Assembly (NCBI GenBank): GCA_900544555.1
Contig: UQWD01000008.1
Coordinates: 14,021 to 78,020 of the forward strand
Length of the DNA stretch: 64,000 nt
Source: an uncultured Eubacteriales bacterium
Lineage (GTDB): Bacteria; Bacillota; Clostridia; Christensenellales; CAG-138
Direction: 5' to 3'
Shown here: piece by piece, positions 1-9,899 of the stretch
Position numbering within the stretch: position 1 is the first letter of the stretch
Layout of the letters: every line of letters begins with the position of its first letter
Translations under genes and position numbers: made by a program
The notes under the pieces: generated by a model
The model's database searches: none
The model's input: only the letters and a program-made list of their open reading frames with translations
Told to the model about the DNA's origin: nothing

Positions 1-939
1 AAGAACGCGGGGAAAACGACAGCGCTCAACCGACTGATTGAGGAGCACCGGTATAATGAAGGCGTTTTGGCGCTCACGTCCATCGGCAGGGACGGGGAAA
101 ATGTGGATATTGTTACGCACACAAACAAACCGGGCATTTTTATTTATGAAAACACGCTTATCGCCACCGCTCAGGGGCTTTTGAGGTATTGCGACGCTAC
201 GCGCGAGATACTCGAAACTACTGGAATGAACACGCCCCTGGGCGAAGTCGTCATCCTGCGCGCTCTGAGCGACGGCAGCGTGCAAATAGCGGGGCCGTCC
301 ATGACGGAACAGCTAAAGCGGGCGGCCGATATGTTTTTTACACTGGGCGCGGACCGCGTGATTATCGACGGGGCGGTGAGCCGCAAATCGCTTTGCGCGC
401 CCGCCGTGGCGGACGGTACTATTTTATGCACCGGCGCTTCCTACAGCAAAAGCATGATTGCGGTCGCGGAGGATACTGCGTTTGCCGCCGAGCTTTTAAC
501 GCTTCAACATACGGCGTTCGATTTAGGCTTTGAGACTCCGGCGCGTATAACCGTGACGACGGAGGATGGAGAATATATCCCGCTTACACAAAACGATACC
601 CTGCCTGAAATTATGAAGAAGCTCCCTGGCGTATCGGGCGTATGGCTTCGCGGGGCGCTCACGGAATCCTCGCTCGCCGCGCTTTTGCGCGCGGGCGTGT
701 CTATGGAAGGGGTTGAAATCATCGTTGAGGACGCGTCCAAGCTATTAATAACGAAGGAAACGTACCGAAAGCTTAGAGCGCGCGGAGGCCGTATCCGCGT
801 GAGGGAAAGCGCCTCCCTATGCGCCGTGACCGTCAACCCGTTTTCAGCCTACGGCTATCATTTTGATAAGGATGCGTTTATAGATGTTATGCGAAAGAGC
901 GTACAGGTTCCGGTAATAAACGTGATGGAGGAGCTATGA
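1..939 (+). CDS. Uncharacterised protein, C-terminal part (N-terminus upstream of window); translationally coupled to the MutS-like ATPase gene
   Basis: The frame is open from nt 1 (KNAGKTTALNRLIEE..., a possible Walker-A-like GKT at the window edge) to TGA at 937-939. The stop overlaps the next ATG (ATGA). No family recognised from sequence. Confidence 0.5.
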   Translation, partial: KNAGKTTALNRLIEEHRYNEGVLALTSIGRDGENVDIVTHTNKPGIFIYENTLIATAQGLLRYCDATREILETTGMNTPLGEVVILRALSDGSVQIAGPSMTEQLKRAADMFFTLGADRVIIDGAVSRKSLCAPAVADGTILCTGASYSKSMIAVAEDTAFAAELLTLQHTAFDLGFETPARITVTTEDGEYIPLTQNDTLPEIMKKLPGVSGVWLRGALTESSLAALLRAGVSMEGVEIIVEDASKLLITKETYRKLRARGGRIRVRESASLCAVTVNPFSAYGYHFDKDAFIDVMRKSVQVPVINVMEEL

Positions 940-2393
940 TTAAAATTGGTCACAGGCAGCGCGAAACGACGGGGTTTGATTTTATACTCGGAAAGCTTTC
1001 AGCCAATTCCCCGTACGGGAATGAAAGGATCCGGCGTATTCGCTTTTATTCCCCGCATGAGAAGCACGAGTTGGAGGAAGAGCTTTATAACGTAGGGCGC
1101 GCGGCTGATACGCTGGAAAGCTGCGCGCGAGAGTACGCGGCTGTCGAGCGGCAGATGATGGCGCTCAAGGACGTTAGAAGATCCATCGAACGATGCAGGG
1201 AGGGTGAGCTAGACGAGGTTGAGCTTTTTGAGATAAAGAGGTTCCTTCTTCAGCTCGAGATTATGGCGGAAGCGTATCGCCTCGTTCAGGAGCGCGCGGG
1301 ATTTGCCGGGATAAACATTGAACCCGTCCCGGGGGCGCTGCGCGCGCTTGATCCGGACGGGCGGCGTACGGCTTCCTTCTACGTGAGCGACGCGAAGCTG
1401 CCTCGCCTTCGCGAGATAAGAAGAAGAAAGCGCGAGCTGGAAGAGAAGATGCGCCTCGAGAGGGACGGCGCGCGGCGTGAAAAGCTTGCGCAGGAAAGGC
1501 TAACCGCGGCGGTTGAGGAAGAGGACGCGCAGAGGGAGGCGCTTTTTATGATGTGCGCCGACTTAAGGCCTTACCTTGACGATATAATGAACGCGGTGAA
1601 CGCCATTGGCAGGCTGGATTTTACCATATCGCGCGCAAAGCTGGCGGCGCGGTACGGGGCCTGCCTCCCAACTATGGATGGAGATAGACTGGCGCTTGAA
1701 CGGGCCGTACATCCGCTGTTTGTGGATGCGCTCAATAAAAAGGGCCGCGCTTTTACACCAATTTCAATCGAGATAGCGCCGGGCTCAACCGTTATTACGG
1801 GGGCGAATATGGGGGGGAAAAGCGTTGCGCTCAAAACCATCGCCGTTAACGCGCTGATGCTTCATGCGGGCATGTTCGTATTTGCTCAAAGCGCGAATAT
1901 CCCGCTGATGGAAGGCGTACACATCATATCGGAAGATTTAGAGAGCGCGCAGCGCGGCCTCTCCAGCTTCGGCGCGGAGATAATCCGGTTTAACCAGATA
2001 CTAGAACAGGTTGAGAGGGAAGCCGGCTCCCTTATTTTGCTGGATGAGTTCGCGCGCGGTACTAACCCGCACGAGGGCGCGCAGATAGCCGGCGCGGTTA
2101 CGCGTTATCTGAATAATCTGCCTGCCCTGAGCGTAATGACCACGCATTTCGACGGCGTTGCGGACAATGCCGGCGCGCACTATCAGGTTATCGGCCTGCG
2201 GGATATGGATTTGGCTGAGGCGGCCGCGCGGATATCTAAAGCGGAGCGCAGGGAGGAGGTCATCTCCCGCTATATGAATTACGGCCTTTACCGCGTAGCC
2301 GGCGAAAAAAGCTGCCCGCGGGACGCCTTAAATATCTGCCGCCTGCTCGATTTTAAGCCGGAAATACTGAAGATGCTGGAAAATATATATTGA
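936..2393 (+). CDS. MutS-family ATPase (lever/clamp-like coiled coil plus domain V only; no mismatch-binding or connector domain)
   Basis: Walker A GANMGGKSVALKT; MutS-type Walker B LLDEFARGTNPHEG; SSFGAE signature; 485 aa; start overlaps the upstream stop. Confidence 0.8.
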   Translation: MIKIGHRQRETTGFDFILGKLSANSPYGNERIRRIRFYSPHEKHELEEELYNVGRAADTLESCAREYAAVERQMMALKDVRRSIERCREGELDEVELFEIKRFLLQLEIMAEAYRLVQERAGFAGINIEPVPGALRALDPDGRRTASFYVSDAKLPRLREIRRRKRELEEKMRLERDGARREKLAQERLTAAVEEEDAQREALFMMCADLRPYLDDIMNAVNAIGRLDFTISRAKLAARYGACLPTMDGDRLALERAVHPLFVDALNKKGRAFTPISIEIAPGSTVITGANMGGKSVALKTIAVNALMLHAGMFVFAQSANIPLMEGVHIISEDLESAQRGLSSFGAEIIRFNQILEQVEREAGSLILLDEFARGTNPHEGAQIAGAVTRYLNNLPALSVMTTHFDGVADNAGAHYQVIGLRDMDLAEAAARISKAERREEVISRYMNYGLYRVAGEKSCPRDALNICRLLDFKPEILKMLENIY

Positions 2394-2418
2394 CAATAAT
2401 AAGACGGTAACTTATAAT
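2390..2418 (+). promoter_or_regulatory. Sigma-A type promoter, TTGACA-17 nt-TATAAT (the -35 overlaps the MutS-like stop codon)
   Basis: Exact consensus hexamers with a 17-nt spacer, seen directly; predicted TSS near 2425, just upstream of the riboswitch. Confidence 0.6.
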
Positions 2419-2451
2419 GAAACATGGTGAGATTGATAATTTTATATCGTT

Positions 2452-2712
2452 TTCTAGATAGAGGCGCGGGAAGCTTGGTAGCCGCCGGATGCAAAGGATA
2501 TGAGCGTCCAAGGGCGGCGGCGAATGGGCTTGCCGCCGAAAGCGGGCGGGCCGCTCACGCCCTCCGAGCTTGGGTACGGCGCTGAGCGCGCCGTAACTGT
2601 CATCGGTATGATGATGCGCTATTGACAGCGGGTTACCCTGCGTCAATAGCGTTTTATTTAGTCTGATGAGGCGCTATCACCTGTTTATCAACGGGTTGAG
2701 AGCGCCTTTTTT
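2452..2712 (+). promoter_or_regulatory. Lysine riboswitch (L-box) with ON-type expression platform
   Basis: P1 5' strand GATAGAGGCGC (2456-2468) pairs with 3' strand GCGCTATC (2671-2678). Internal CCGCCGAAAG and ACTGTCA...TTGACAG elements are present. The outer terminator stem GGCGCT (2670-2675)/AGCGCC (2701-2706) plus a T6 run (2707-2712) shares its 5' half with the P1 3' strand. Confidence 0.75.
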
Positions 2713-2748
2713 ATCAATTGATTGAAAATAATGTTCAAGGAGGCAATC

Positions 2749-3141
2749 ATGAAATCTGTTATCCGAATGCGCATGGGCGCGAACGACGCTCATTACGGCG
2801 GCAATCTGGTGGACGGGGCGAAGATGCTCCAGCTTTTTGGCGACATCGCTACGGAGCTTCTCATTATGAACGACGGCGACGAGGGTTTATTTAAGGCTTA
2901 TGATATGGTGGAGTTTATGGCCCCCGTGTTTGCCGGGGATTATATTGAAGCGGCGGGCGAAATCGTTCACTGCGGCAATACCTCCCGAAAGATGGTGTTT
3001 GAGGCACGCAAGGTTATCGCGCCCAGGCCCGATATCAATGATACCGCGTGCGACGTGCTAAAGGATCCTATAATCGTTTGCCGCGCCTCCGGCACATGCG
3101 TAGTACCCGGGGATAAGCAGCGCGGGAAACAGACCGTTTAA
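2749..3141 (+). CDS. kal: 3-aminobutyryl-CoA ammonia-lyase (small hotdog-fold protein of the lysine pathway)
   Basis: 130 aa from the ATG at 2749, preceded by AAGGAGG; size and position in the kam/kdd/kce cluster. Confidence 0.65.
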   Translation: MKSVIRMRMGANDAHYGGNLVDGAKMLQLFGDIATELLIMNDGDEGLFKAYDMVEFMAPVFAGDYIEAAGEIVHCGNTSRKMVFEARKVIAPRPDINDTACDVLKDPIIVCRASGTCVVPGDKQRGKQTV

Positions 3142-3161
3142 CCGCGGAAAGGGGATTGGTT

Positions 3162-3983
3162 ATGGATAAGCTTATTATAACAGCCTGCATTTGCGGAGCG
3201 GAGGTCACCAAGGAACATAACCCGGCCGTACCGTATACCGTGACGGAGATAGCCGACGAGGCGTATAACGCGTATCAGGCGGGCGCTTCGATTATCCACC
3301 TGCACGTGAGAGAGGACGACGGTACCCCGACGCAGAGCGCGAGCCGATTTAAAGCATGCATGGAAGCGATTAAGGAGAAATGCCCGGATGTAATCATTCA
3401 GCCTTCCACCGGCGGCGCGGTCGGCATGTCGAATGATGAAAGGCTTCAGCCCATAACGCTGAACCCTGAAATGGCCACTCTCGACTGCGGAACGTGCAAT
3501 TTTGGCGGAGACGATATTTTTGTAAACACGGAAAACATGATTATAGACTTTGCCCAAAAAATGACGGCCCGCGGTATCAAGCCCGAGGTCGAGGTTTTTG
3601 ACAAGGGCATGATCGATATGGCCATCCGGCTCAATAAAAAGGGCTTTATCCCCTCGCCCATGCATTTTGACTTCGTGATGGGCGTTAACGGGGGCATCAG
3701 CGGGGATCCGCGGGATCTGGTGTTCATGCGCGGCAGCATTCCTGCCGATTGCACCTGGACGGTCGCCGGCGTAGGCCGGTTCGAGTTCCCAATGGCGGTC
3801 ATGGGCATTATCATGGGCGGGCATGTACGCGTAGGCTTTGAGGATAACGTATACCTTGAGAAGGGCGTGCTGGCCAAGAGCAACGGCGAGCTGGTGGAGA
3901 AGGTGGTCCGCCTGGCGCGCGAGCTGGGCAGGCCCGTAGCTACGCCCGAAGAAGCCAGAGCCATACTCGGCCTGAACAAATGA
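3162..3983 (+). CDS. kce: 3-keto-5-aminohexanoate cleavage enzyme (BKACE/DUF849 family)
   Basis: DKLIITAAICGAE N-terminus; TIM-barrel DUF849-like sequence; cluster context. Confidence 0.8.
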   Translation: MDKLIITACICGAEVTKEHNPAVPYTVTEIADEAYNAYQAGASIIHLHVREDDGTPTQSASRFKACMEAIKEKCPDVIIQPSTGGAVGMSNDERLQPITLNPEMATLDCGTCNFGGDDIFVNTENMIIDFAQKMTARGIKPEVEVFDKGMIDMAIRLNKKGFIPSPMHFDFVMGVNGGISGDPRDLVFMRGSIPADCTWTVAGVGRFEFPMAVMGIIMGGHVRVGFEDNVYLEKGVLAKSNGELVEKVVRLARELGRPVATPEEARAILGLNK

Positions 3984-4023
3984 CGGATAACAAATAGTAT
4001 TTAAATACAGGAGGATATGTACA

Positions 4024-5064
4024 ATGGCTATTAAAGGAAACAGGTACGGCGTACACCGCGTAATTGAACCTCAGGGCGTATTAACCCAGGCCGCGTATAA
4101 GATCGACAACGACATGACCAAGCGTTATTCCAACGAGATCATATGCGACGTGATTTCGCTCAACATTGATTCGGCTTCGTTCACACAGATTGAGGAGGCC
4201 TGCGAAAAGGATACCGAAAGGATTAAGGCGATGATCCTTTCAATTGTAAACGAGCGCGGCAAAATGCAGAACCCCGTCACCGGCTCCGGCGGCATGTTCA
4301 TCGGCAAAGTCGCCTATATCGGCGAGGATCTTAAGGACAGGGATCTCAAGGTGGGCGACAAAATCGCTTCGCTGGTGTCCCTTTCCATGACGCCGCTCAA
4401 GATTGTGGAAATTAAGGAAATTCATATGGATATCGACCGTGTGGACGTTGTCGCGCAGGCCGTATTGTTTGAGAGCGCCATTTACGCCAAGCTGCCGGAC
4501 GATATGAGCGAGGCGCTTGCCCTGGCCGCCCTTGACGTTGCGGGCGCGCCGGCCCAGGCCGCCAAGCTGGTAAAGCCAGGGGACTCCGTGCTGGTGCTGG
4601 GCGCGAACGGTAAATCCGGCATACTGTGCTGCTACGAGGCCATGAAGCGCGTTGGGCCCACCGGCCGGGTCGTCGGCCTTGTCCGCCGTGAGAGCCAGAT
4701 TGAAAAGCTGATGGAGCTGGGCGTATGCCACGAGGTCGTCGTTGCCTCCGCTACGGAGCCGGTAGCCGTGCTGGACAAAGCGCTCGCCGCCAACGCCGGG
4801 AAGGAATACGATCTTTCCATCTCCTGCGTAAACATTGAAAACACGGAGATGAGCTGCATACTGCCGGTCCGCGACGGCGGCACGGTGTACTTCTTCTCCA
4901 TGGCGACAAGCTTTACCAAGGCCGCCCTTGGCGCGGAAGGCGTGGGCAAGGACGTGAACATGATAATCGGCAACGGCTATACCCGGGATCATGCCGAAAT
5001 TACCCTGCACGAGCTGCGTGAGAGCGAAAAAATCCGCGATCTCTTCAACAGGATTTATGTTTGA
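4024..5064 (+). CDS. kdd: L-erythro-3,5-diaminohexanoate dehydrogenase
   Basis: Rossmann motif GANGKSG; 346 aa; cluster context. Confidence 0.8.
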   Translation: MAIKGNRYGVHRVIEPQGVLTQAAYKIDNDMTKRYSNEIICDVISLNIDSASFTQIEEACEKDTERIKAMILSIVNERGKMQNPVTGSGGMFIGKVAYIGEDLKDRDLKVGDKIASLVSLSMTPLKIVEIKEIHMDIDRVDVVAQAVLFESAIYAKLPDDMSEALALAALDVAGAPAQAAKLVKPGDSVLVLGANGKSGILCCYEAMKRVGPTGRVVGLVRRESQIEKLMELGVCHEVVVASATEPVAVLDKALAANAGKEYDLSISCVNIENTEMSCILPVRDGGTVYFFSMATSFTKAALGAEGVGKDVNMIIGNGYTRDHAEITLHELRESEKIRDLFNRIYV

Positions 5065-5292
5065 TTAAATCACGTGATAAAGGGCTTTACCTTGAAATAC
5101 CGCAGGGGCTGTTATGGGGCGCGGAATAATGCGTCTGGTAACAGCCCCCGCGTATCGGCGCAAAACAAAGCCCCGCGTAAAAGACGCGCGTCCCCTATTA
5201 TCCATGCTTTTGGGTTGGGGCCGGCGCGTGGAGTATTATTCCGAGACCGTACTGCGTTTCGGATGACAGCGAATATATGAGGAGGAGAGCGT

Positions 5293-6552
5293 ATGATTAC
5301 GAGCAGAATGAACGGCCTGTTCCGCGACGTTCCGGATGAACAGTGGAACGACTGGCAATGGCAGGTTCAAAACCGCATTGAAACATTGGACGACTTGAAA
5401 AAATACTTGGATTTGACGCCCGAGGAGGAGGACGGCGTTAAGCGCTGCCTGAATGCGTTGCGCATGGCGATAACGCCGTATTACCTTTCGCTAATTGATT
5501 TAAAGGATCCAAAGGATCCTATCCGCCGGCAGGCCATACCCACCGCGCTGGAGCTGCATCAGGCAAACGCCGATCTGCTGGATCCGCTGCATGAGGATAC
5601 GGATTCGCCCGTTCCCGGCTTGACTCACCGTTATCCGGACAGGGTGCTGTTCCTCATCACCGACCAATGCTCCATGTATTGCCGCCATTGCACGCGCAGG
5701 CGCTTCGCCGGCCAAAACGACTGCGCCGTACCCAAATCACAGATTGACCGTTGCATCGGCTATATCAGAGAACACCCTGAGGTGCGCGACGTGCTTTTAT
5801 CCGGCGGGGACTGCCTCATGCAGTCGGATGGAATGCTGGAATACATCATCTCCAGCCTGAGGGAAATACCCCATGTGGAAATCGTGCGCCTTGGGTCGCG
5901 TACGCCGGTAGTAATGCCCCAGCGAATAACGCCCGAGCTGTGCGATATGCTCAAAAAATATCATCCCATTTGGCTCAACACGCATTTCAACCATCCGGCC
6001 GAAATTACGCAGGAAGCGGCCGCCGCGTGCGCGCGGCTGGCGGACGCGGGGATACCGCTGGGCAATCAGAGCGTGCTGCTTGCCGGGGTTAACGATTGCG
6101 TTCACGTGATGAAAAAGCTGGTTCAGGATCTGGTTCGGATAAGGGTGCGCCCCTATTACATTTATCAGTGCGACCTTTCAATGGGCCTCGAGCACTTCCG
6201 CACCCCGGTTTCAAAAGGGATTGAAATCATCGAGGCGCTGCGCGGCCATACTTCGGGATACGCCGTGCCCACGTTCGTTGTGGACGCGCCCGGCGGCGGA
6301 GGTAAAACGCCCGTTATGCCCAATTACGTAATCAGCCAGTCGCCCCATAAGGTGATACTGCGCAACTTTGAGGGCGTTATCACAACGTATACCGAACCGG
6401 ATCATTATGAGGAAACCTGCAACTGCGAGGTATGCAGGGGCGAGAAGAAGGCGGAGCTTATCGGCGTGGCCGGGCTTGAGCAGGGGCGGGCGATGTCCAT
6501 GGAGCCTAAGGACCTCGAGAGGACCAAGCGCGGCAGGCATAGGCCGGAGTGA
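5293..6552 (+). CDS. kamA: Lysine 2,3-aminomutase (radical SAM)
   Basis: CSMYCRHC radical-SAM cysteine triad; C-terminal CNCEVC; strong RBS GAGGAGG. Confidence 0.9.
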   Translation: MITSRMNGLFRDVPDEQWNDWQWQVQNRIETLDDLKKYLDLTPEEEDGVKRCLNALRMAITPYYLSLIDLKDPKDPIRRQAIPTALELHQANADLLDPLHEDTDSPVPGLTHRYPDRVLFLITDQCSMYCRHCTRRRFAGQNDCAVPKSQIDRCIGYIREHPEVRDVLLSGGDCLMQSDGMLEYIISSLREIPHVEIVRLGSRTPVVMPQRITPELCDMLKKYHPIWLNTHFNHPAEITQEAAAACARLADAGIPLGNQSVLLAGVNDCVHVMKKLVQDLVRIRVRPYYIYQCDLSMGLEHFRTPVSKGIEIIEALRGHTSGYAVPTFVVDAPGGGGKTPVMPNYVISQSPHKVILRNFEGVITTYTEPDHYEETCNCEVCRGEKKAELIGVAGLEQGRAMSMEPKDLERTKRGRHRPE

Positions 6553-6582
6553 GCCGGATAGACGAAGGATTTGAGGTGGATA

Positions 6583-8142
6583 ATGCAGAGCAAACTGAAC
6601 TTAAATTTTAATTTGGTGGATAAAGCCAGGGAATCCGCCCGGCGTATAGCCGAGGATACGCAGTCGTTTATCGATATGCATACGACTGTAACGGTGGAGC
6701 GCGCCGTGTGCCGGCTGCTCGGCGTCGATAGCGTAAACGCGGTGGACGTTCCGCTGCCTAACGTGTTGGTGGACAGTCTTTTTGATAAAGGAGCGCTTGA
6801 TTCCGGCGCGGCGTACCATATCGGCAACGCAATGCTGGAAACCGGCATGGATCCGCAGCGGATAGCCGAGGCGGTGGACGCGAACGAGCTGGATCTTACG
6901 CGCCTCAAACCGCGTGAACCACGGGAGATTTACAGCGCCGTCAGGCCTGTGGCTCAGGCCGCGGCTCAACGCATACGCGCCAACGCCGCGCAGAGGGACG
7001 CGTATTTAAGCGAATTTGGCGATAAAGAGGGCCCGTATCTGTACGTTATCGTGGCGACGGGCAACATCTATGAGGATATCACGCAGGCCAAGGCGGCGGC
7101 CAAGCAGGGAGCGGACATCATCGCGGTTATCAGAACGACGGGCCAGAGCCTATTGGATTACGTACCCTACGGCGCGACGACGGAGGGCTTCGGCGGCACG
7201 TACGCCACGCAGGAAAACTTCAGGCTGATGCGCGCGGCGCTCGACGAGGTTGGGCGGGAGGAAAAGCGCTACATCCGCCTGTGCAATTACTGCTCCGGCC
7301 TCTGCATGCCCGAAATCGCGGCTATGGGCGCGCTTGAACGGCTTGACGTTATGCTCAACGACGCGCTCTACGGAATACTGTTCCGAGACATTAATATGCA
7401 GCGCACCATTATCGACCAGTATTTTTCGCGCGTAATCAACTCCTATGCCGGGGTTATCATCAATACGGGCGAGGACAATTACCTTACCACCGCCGATGCG
7501 GTGGAGGAAGCGCATACCGTGCTTGCTTCCCAATTCCTTAACGAGCAGTTCGCGCTTAAGGCCGGGCTGCCGGAGGAGCAGATGGGGTTGGGACACGCTT
7601 TTGAAATATCCCCGGATGTGGAGAACGGCTTTTTATACGAGTTGGCGCAGGCCCAGATGGCTAGGGAGATTTTCCCCAAAGCGCCGCTCAAATACATGCC
7701 GCCCACGAAGTTTATGACCGGAAACATCTTCCGCGGCCATGTGCAGGACGCGCTGTTTAATATGGTGACCATCCTTACGGGGCAGAAGCTGCATCTTTTA
7801 GGCATGCTTACGGAAGCTATACACACCCCGTTTATGAGCGACAGGGCGCTTGCCATTGAAAACGCCAAGTATATTTTCAGAACCATGCGCAGCCTTGGCG
7901 ATGAGCTGGTTTATAAGGAAGGCGGTATAATGCAGAGCCGCGCCGACGAGGTGCTGAACAAAGCGGCTCAACTGCTTGAGGAAATCGAGCATATGGGCCT
8001 GTTCGCCACCCTGGAGAAAGGGATTTTCGCCGACATTAAACGCATGCGTGACGGGGGCAAGGGGCTTTCCGGAGTTATACAAAAGAGCGCCGAATACTTT
8101 AACCCGTTCATCGAATTGATGAAAGGGGGTGCCAGCATATGA
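6583..8142 (+). CDS. kamD: Lysine 5,6-aminomutase alpha subunit (PLP/B12-dependent)
   Basis: MQSKLNLNFNLVDKA N-terminus typical of KamD; 519 aa; first ATG preceded by GAGGTGG. Confidence 0.85.
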   Translation: MQSKLNLNFNLVDKARESARRIAEDTQSFIDMHTTVTVERAVCRLLGVDSVNAVDVPLPNVLVDSLFDKGALDSGAAYHIGNAMLETGMDPQRIAEAVDANELDLTRLKPREPREIYSAVRPVAQAAAQRIRANAAQRDAYLSEFGDKEGPYLYVIVATGNIYEDITQAKAAAKQGADIIAVIRTTGQSLLDYVPYGATTEGFGGTYATQENFRLMRAALDEVGREEKRYIRLCNYCSGLCMPEIAAMGALERLDVMLNDALYGILFRDINMQRTIIDQYFSRVINSYAGVIINTGEDNYLTTADAVEEAHTVLASQFLNEQFALKAGLPEEQMGLGHAFEISPDVENGFLYELAQAQMAREIFPKAPLKYMPPTKFMTGNIFRGHVQDALFNMVTILTGQKLHLLGMLTEAIHTPFMSDRALAIENAKYIFRTMRSLGDELVYKEGGIMQSRADEVLNKAAQLLEEIEHMGLFATLEKGIFADIKRMRDGGKGLSGVIQKSAEYFNPFIELMKGGASI

Positions 8143-8927
8143 GTTCTGGCTTATATAATACATCCAAACAGGATTTTGATAAGAATTTGGATTTGAAGAA
8201 GCTGCGCGCCTACGGCGATACGATGAACGACGGAAAAATCCAGATGAGCTTTACCCTGCCTGTTAAGAACGATGAAAGAGGAGCGGAGGCGGCGCGGCAG
8301 CTCGCCAAGAAAATGGGCGTAACCGAGCCATCCGTCGCGTATAATGAAAGCCTGGACGCTCAGTTCACCTTTTACGTGGTTTACGGTTCATGCGCGCACA
8401 GCGTGGATTATACCGGGATACGCGTACAGGCAGTGGAGCAGGAAGTTATGGATATGGAGGAGATAAACGCGTATATCCGTGAGAACTTCGGCAGGAAAAT
8501 CGTCGTTGTGGGCGCGTCGACGGGTACAGACGCGCATACGGTCGGTATTGACGCAATCATGAACAGAAAAGGTTTCGCGGGCCATTACGGGTTGGAGCGT
8601 TATGAGATGATCGACGCGTACAACCTTGGCGCGCAGGTTCCGAACGAGGAGTTCATGCAAAAGGCGCTGGAGCTCAACGCTGATGTGCTGCTTGTTTCGC
8701 AAACGGTAACGCAAAAGGACGTGCATATACAGAATATGACGGAATTGGTTGAGCTGCTCGAGGCTGAAGGCGTCCGCGGCAGATTCATACTGATATGCGG
8801 CGGCGCGCGCGTTTCACATGAGCTCGCCAAGGAGCTGGGCTTTGACGCGGGGTTCGGGCCGCAGAAATTCGCAGGGGACGTCGCTACCTTTGCCGTTACG
8901 GAAATGGCGCGGCGCGGCATGAAATAA
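8139..8927 (+). CDS. kamE: Lysine 5,6-aminomutase beta subunit (B12-binding)
   Basis: DAHTVG (DxHxxG cobalamin-binding motif); ATGA overlap with kamD. Confidence 0.85.
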   Translation: MSSGLYNTSKQDFDKNLDLKKLRAYGDTMNDGKIQMSFTLPVKNDERGAEAARQLAKKMGVTEPSVAYNESLDAQFTFYVVYGSCAHSVDYTGIRVQAVEQEVMDMEEINAYIRENFGRKIVVVGASTGTDAHTVGIDAIMNRKGFAGHYGLERYEMIDAYNLGAQVPNEEFMQKALELNADVLLVSQTVTQKDVHIQNMTELVELLEAEGVRGRFILICGGARVSHELAKELGFDAGFGPQKFAGDVATFAVTEMARRGMK

Positions 8928-9010
8928 CGCGCCCGAGATTTAGGGTTTCCGCCTGTGTTAATTTCAGGGAGAGCGGTTTACGAAAAGCGTTAAAGCCGTT
9001 GTAAATTAGG

Positions 9011-9054
9011 GCTCTTTATCCGCAGCTTTTTTTCGGGCCCGGCGGATAAAGAGC
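9011..9054 (+). other. Perfect 13-bp inverted repeat (GCTCTTTATCCGC / GCGGATAAAGAGC) with a 18-nt T-rich loop, between kamE and crt
   Basis: Seen directly; no U-tract after the stem on the + strand, so it is not a canonical terminator. Confidence 0.5.
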
Positions 9055-9124
9055 TTGTATGGCAAGGCATTCCTATTGAACAGTACGGGCTGTTTTTTAC
9101 GGCGCGTTAGAAGGAGGCAGATAA

Positions 9125-9898
9125 ATGTATATTCAGCTGTTAAAACAGGGTCATATCGCGATTTTGACCGTAAGCCGGCCTGAGGCGCTTAACGCGTTGA
9201 ACATGGCCGTGCTTGACGAGTTGGAGCTGACCGCTCGGGCGATAGGGCAGGACAGAACCATACGCGTGCTGGTCGTTACCGGCGCGGGTAAGGCGTTTGT
9301 GGCCGGGGCGGACATCAGCGAGATGAGCGGCTTGGACGAGGCCGGGGCGATGGATCTTGCGCGGCGGGGTCAGCGCGCGATAACGGCGATCGAGGAACTG
9401 GAAATCCCCGTGATTGCGGCTATAAACGGCTATGCCCTCGGCGGCGGCTGCGAGCTTGCCCTTGCGTGCGATATCCGCCTGGCGGGGGAGCGCGCGAAGA
9501 TGGGCCAGCCTGAAACCGGCCTGGGTATCACTCCCGGGTTCGGCGGGACCCAGCGGCTGCCAAGGGTTATAGGCGTGAGCCGTGCGTTGGAAATGATTTA
9601 TACCGGCAGGGTGATCGACGCGCAGGAGGCGCTCCGAATGGGACTTGTGAACCGGGTTTGCAGCCAGGATGAGCTGATGGATTGCGCTGTGAAGCTTGCT
9701 GAACAAATAGCTGCCAACGCGCCGCATGCCGTAAGGAGCGCAAAGCTCGCCGCGCGCAGGTTTACGAACGCGGCGCTGGCGGACGATCTTGCTTTTGAGG
9801 CGGAGGTTTTCGCCAAGTGTTTTAATACAGAGGATCAGAAGATGGCGATGCGCGCATTTGTGGATAAGCGCAAGCACGACGGATTTAAGGGGGAATAA
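9125..9898 (+). CDS. crt: Enoyl-CoA hydratase (crotonase)
   Basis: Crotonase-fold motifs [20 protein letters not shown]. Confidence 0.85.
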   Translation: MYIQLLKQGHIAILTVSRPEALNALNMAVLDELELTARAIGQDRTIRVLVVTGAGKAFVAGADISEMSGLDEAGAMDLARRGQRAITAIEELEIPVIAAINGYALGGGCELALACDIRLAGERAKMGQPETGLGITPGFGGTQRLPRVIGVSRALEMIYTGRVIDAQEALRMGLVNRVCSQDELMDCAVKLAEQIAANAPHAVRSAKLAARRFTNAALADDLAFEAEVFAKCFNTEDQKMAMRAFVDKRKHDGFKGE

Positions 9899-9899
9899 G

